Below the pieces are notes generated by a model. It worked only from the letters and a program-made list of their open reading frames with translations. It ran no database searches and was not told the origin of the DNA. This document shows, piece after piece, positions 60,945-64,000 of a stretch of 64,000 nt of DNA (position 1 is its first letter; every line of letters starts with the position of its first letter). The position numbers and the translations under genes were made by a program. The stretch is from an uncultured Spirochaetota bacterium (lineage in GTDB: Bacteria; Spirochaetota; Brevinematia; Brevinematales; JAOACQ01), in NCBI GenBank assembly GCA_963835575.1, contig CAWIGG010000002.1:1920001-1984000 (forward strand), written 5' to 3'.

Positions 60945-61707
60945 GCTCATTATTATACTATTTTTCTGTTTTACTTTTTCTTATGGAATGGATTGGTCGG
61001 AAAACAATGTCTTAAAATTCAATTCTTCCAGTCTCAAGGATTATCAGAATTTACTGGATTATGAGAATATAACCATCGGGGATGAATTTATTTCCTCAAC
61101 AAACAATACAAATTCATGGTTATTATCAAGCGATATTACTCTGGATAATAATTATATACTTTCGGGCGCCTTTGTAAATATAGGCAGGACTGATGAAAAC
61201 GGCGTTTCCAATTCATATGTTTTTATGAGAATATTTGATAATGACAACGGACAGATGCTGCAGGAAAAAACATTTTATAATACCGGGTCGCTGGAATTAA
61301 AAAATATCTTTATAAAAAACGCGAGCCTTTATCTTGAAATCGTCGGAACGGATATTCAGCTTTATTCCTTCGGTCTGGTACGGAAAGAGCTTGCGCTTCT
61401 CGAGACGAATGACCTTGTCATAATTCCCGACACTCTTTTCTATGAGGAAAATATATTAAAAGTGGATTTTAACCTTCATTACCCGTCTATTGTCGATATT
61501 ATTCTTTTCGATAAAAACGGCACAATTATCGATTACATCTGCCAGAAGGCATATTTCCATGAAGGTCAGAATTCACTCTCATGGAACGCGGACAGCAGCC
61601 GTAATAAACAGCTTTCATCCGGGACATATTTTATTTATTTAAAAGCCAGGACCCTGAACGGTAAAGAAGGGGAAATCATCAAGAAACTTCTCTTTGTGAA
61701 GAATTAA
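60934..61707 (+). CDS. Exported protein with C-terminal FlgD-like Ig domain
   Basis: Signal peptide; I.LFDKNG..I...G.NSLSWN...LSSGTYFIYL. Confidence 0.65.
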   Translation: MINKLIIILFFCFTFSYGMDWSENNVLKFNSSSLKDYQNLLDYENITIGDEFISSTNNTNSWLLSSDITLDNNYILSGAFVNIGRTDENGVSNSYVFMRIFDNDNGQMLQEKTFYNTGSLELKNIFIKNASLYLEIVGTDIQLYSFGLVRKELALLETNDLVIIPDTLFYEENILKVDFNLHYPSIVDIILFDKNGTIIDYICQKAYFHEGQNSLSWNADSSRNKQLSSGTYFIYLKARTLNGKEGEIIKKLLFVKN

Positions 61708-61779
61708 TATTCTGGGTCATCCGGTTCTTGCATACTTATTGAAGTTTAATTTCTTTAAATCCATTTCTGAGTTCATTTC

Positions 61780-61834
61780 ACCCCTCACCAGTTGGTTTGC
61801 TTCTCAGGTGGAGCCTGACAAACTGGTGAGGGGT
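61780..61834. repeat. REP-like hairpin between convergent genes
   Basis: ACCCCTCACCAGTT/AACTGGTGAGGGGT; loop homologous to the insert in the composite MITEs. Confidence 0.75.
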
Positions 61835-61883
61835 TAATTTTATCTTTTCAAATGAGGGCGCTTTAGTCGGATGAACCAATATC

Positions 61884-62297
61884 CTAAACATCCACCACGC
61901 ATTCGGCAAAAAAGATATTGTTCTTTTCATAAACTTTCAGCTGGTGATAGGTAGCCGCCTTGACTTCCGTTTTAAAAACCGCATTCTGATTTGTTTTTAT
62001 TTTCCAGCCCCGCGTTAACCCTTTTAAATGAGTTTCATTCCATTCTTCAATTATAAAATCAAACCAGATACAGTGATGCACCGCCGATTCATATAGAAGC
62101 TTATTGATAAATTGAACCAGCAGTTCTTCCCTGGACTTCGCGCTGCAATTAAACGGTCTTTCAATATCGCGGCGGAAAGAGGATAGTTCCGCCATAATGG
62201 AAAAAACGCACCTGGCCGCTTCAGAAAAGGCTTCCGGAAAACTCCCGCCGGCGCCTCTGATGCCTATATCAGCTGTATGTTCAAAGGTTTCGTACAT
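61884..62297 (-). CDS. Archease
   Basis: YETFEHTADIGI...EVKAATYHQL......ECVVDV. Confidence 0.93.
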   Translation of the reverse strand: MYETFEHTADIGIRGAGGSFPEAFSEAARCVFSIMAELSSFRRDIERPFNCSAKSREELLVQFINKLLYESAVHHCIWFDFIIEEWNETHLKGLTRGWKIKTNQNAVFKTEVKAATYHQLKVYEKNNIFFAECVVDV

Positions 62298-63604
62298 TAT
62301 TTTTTTCCCTTCTCAAAAATATAGAAGAATTCCTGTTTTTCCGGATCCTCAATAGTGATAATAGTCATATCTTTATCCGCATTCATTTCCGCTATAATCC
62401 CATTCTCACTCATAGCCATAGGCTCATCTATTGCCTTATAACGGTAAATTTCCCTGCCTTCAGGGGAATACATAAAGAGCGTATCTATCTTTTCATATTT
62501 TCCCCGGCCGATCATATTTGTCAGTGAAAAGCCGATAAAGCCGACTTCCGGCTGGCTTCCTTTAAATTGAGGAAGGTAAATTCCCGCTGAAATATTATAG
62601 AGAGAAGCCCTTTCATTCCGGACATAATAATTCAGGCTTAAATCGTCATTGAATATCAAACTATGCAGCGGGGTCTGCTGAAATTTCTTGTTCTCAAAAT
62701 CATAGGCAAGAACGCCGTTCCGTGTTTCCAGATAAAGAAAATCATTCTTTACACGGCTTCCTATCCGGCCGCCATTAAGCCATTCCGGTTTTATTTTAAA
62801 TAAAAGATTATCTTTATTAAAACTGATATCCGGACCGGCAGGCGGAACTGAAAAATCACAATACCAGAAATTTTTGCGGTCGTTCAAGATAAGCATATCA
62901 TTTTTCCAGTTTATATTTCTTGCTTCTTTTGCGAAAGCTGTCATGGCGCCGTTATCCGTTTTATAAACGCAGGCAATGTATTTTCCTTTTACGCTGAATA
63001 CAACGGCAAGATAATCGGCGTCGTCCGAGAATTTCATCTCAACAAAATCAAAAGCCTCATCATTAAAACTTCCCAGATAGACAGATTTGCCTGATGAGAA
63101 ATTATAGAGCGTCATGTTATTAATATTCCCGGCATTCGTAAAGACGCCTTTTAAAAGGAATAAATCGCTCCTGGGCGACGGATAGAACTCCTGGAATTCC
63201 GCCGCATTCCGGGCGGATTCTATAGCTCTGTCTGTTATATTATATTTTACCATCAGGCCGTCTTTATGATAAAAGAGATAGTATTTTTTATCTTCTTTTA
63301 CAATCTTACGCGAGAGGACATCTTTCGACTTGACGTTAGAAAAAAGATCCGGATAAAAGTCTAAATACTCGGTCCTGATCCTTCCGGTTTTATTATTGAT
63401 GCTGACCCGGCTGTAATCACCCTGCTTTTTATCAATCTCAACTACACTTCCAGGGATAAGCGCAATCGCATTCTCTTTATTTACGGTATTATCCGGCTCA
63501 AGCACGGCATCCCAGGAATTGACAGTGGCGAGTTGTGAAAACATAACGTTAGCATAAAAAGCTGTCATAATAAAAAAGTAAAGACTAACTTTCCATTTTT
63601 TCAT
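62297..63604 (-). CDS. Exported hypothetical protein with N-terminal SH3b-like domain
   Basis: Signal peptide; IALIPGSVVEI...YSRVSINNKTGRI; beta-rich remainder. Confidence 0.6.
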   Translation of the reverse strand: MKKWKVSLYFFIMTAFYANVMFSQLATVNSWDAVLEPDNTVNKENAIALIPGSVVEIDKKQGDYSRVSINNKTGRIRTEYLDFYPDLFSNVKSKDVLSRKIVKEDKKYYLFYHKDGLMVKYNITDRAIESARNAAEFQEFYPSPRSDLFLLKGVFTNAGNINNMTLYNFSSGKSVYLGSFNDEAFDFVEMKFSDDADYLAVVFSVKGKYIACVYKTDNGAMTAFAKEARNINWKNDMLILNDRKNFWYCDFSVPPAGPDISFNKDNLLFKIKPEWLNGGRIGSRVKNDFLYLETRNGVLAYDFENKKFQQTPLHSLIFNDDLSLNYYVRNERASLYNISAGIYLPQFKGSQPEVGFIGFSLTNMIGRGKYEKIDTLFMYSPEGREIYRYKAIDEPMAMSENGIIAEMNADKDMTIITIEDPEKQEFFYIFEKGKK

Positions 63605-64000
63605 AACCGCATCCTTCTTTTAAACACAAAATTTTTAACCTGCCTTTTTCCTTCTGAGCAAAAAGAGCGCTTCCGCACTGCGGGCACGCCTGAGGTGTGT
63701 CCCCGATTTCCGCGGGCTTTAAAAAGCTCACAAAATCGCAGTTCGGATAGTTTGTACACCCGCAAAACGCCCGTTTTCTTTTGCCTTTTTTCAAAACGGC
63801 ATAACCGGCCGCGCATTTCGGGCATTTTCCCAGCGGAAGGGGTTTGGCGTTCCGGCATTCAGGCCAGCCGGAGCATGCCAGAAAAAGCCCGTACTTGCCG
63901 AGCTTCTTGATCATCTTTCTGCCGCATTTCTCGCAGACAAAATCCGTCTCTTCATCGAAGCTTCCTTTGATGCTGTCTATATGTTCATAAGCCTTATTGA
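63585..64000 (-). CDS. topA: DNA topoisomerase I C-terminal zinc-ribbon region (partial)
   Basis: Open frame from the window edge: CEKCGRKMIKKLGKYGLFLACSGWPEC, CPKC...FCGCTNYPNCDF, CPQCG. Confidence 0.9.
   Translation of the reverse strand, partial: NKAYEHIDSIKGSFDEETDFVCEKCGRKMIKKLGKYGLFLACSGWPECRNAKPLPLGKCPKCAAGYAVLKKGKRKRAFCGCTNYPNCDFVSFLKPAEIGDTPQACPQCGSALFAQKEKGRLKILCLKEGCGYEKMES

Noticed and set aside
902..63910. Numerous 60-220 aa ORFs overlapping the assigned genes on the opposite strand or in other frames
   Set aside because: They are shadow ORFs of well-supported genes with no independent motifs.

Overview
Bacterial chromosomal segment; the protein styles suggest a free-living anaerobic spirochaete-like organism (inference only). 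Coding content includes redox enzymes, a TonB and two paralogous TonB-dependent receptors, and a PadR/ABC-2 cluster. Signalling genes are abundant: PAS/GAF histidine kinases, two HD-GYP regulators, a GGDEF protein, a PilZ protein, and two proteins with LacI-type ligand-binding domains fused to HK or GGDEF outputs. There are also three type II toxin-antitoxin modules, a lipase-glpK glycerol operon and core genes (recN, NAD kinase, nadA, aroK, archease, topA 3' end). Two complete IS elements carry target-site duplications: an IS1380-family element splitting a glycoside hydrolase gene and an IS256-family element. I saw no rRNA, tRNA or CRISPR array. The most unusual structure is at 17.7-21.1 kb, where three diverged copies of the last ~110 bp of an alpha/beta-hydrolase gene follow the gene itself. 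They separate a PilZ gene, a HigBA module and a VapBC module like spacers in a cassette array, with no integrase in view. Intergenic DNA is densely populated by several families of small non-coding palindromic elements. These include a 60-bp MITE with 4-bp TSDs, a ~210-bp composite built on the same ends, and 'three-unit terminal inverted repeat' elements found in three consecutive junctions of the glycerol operon.
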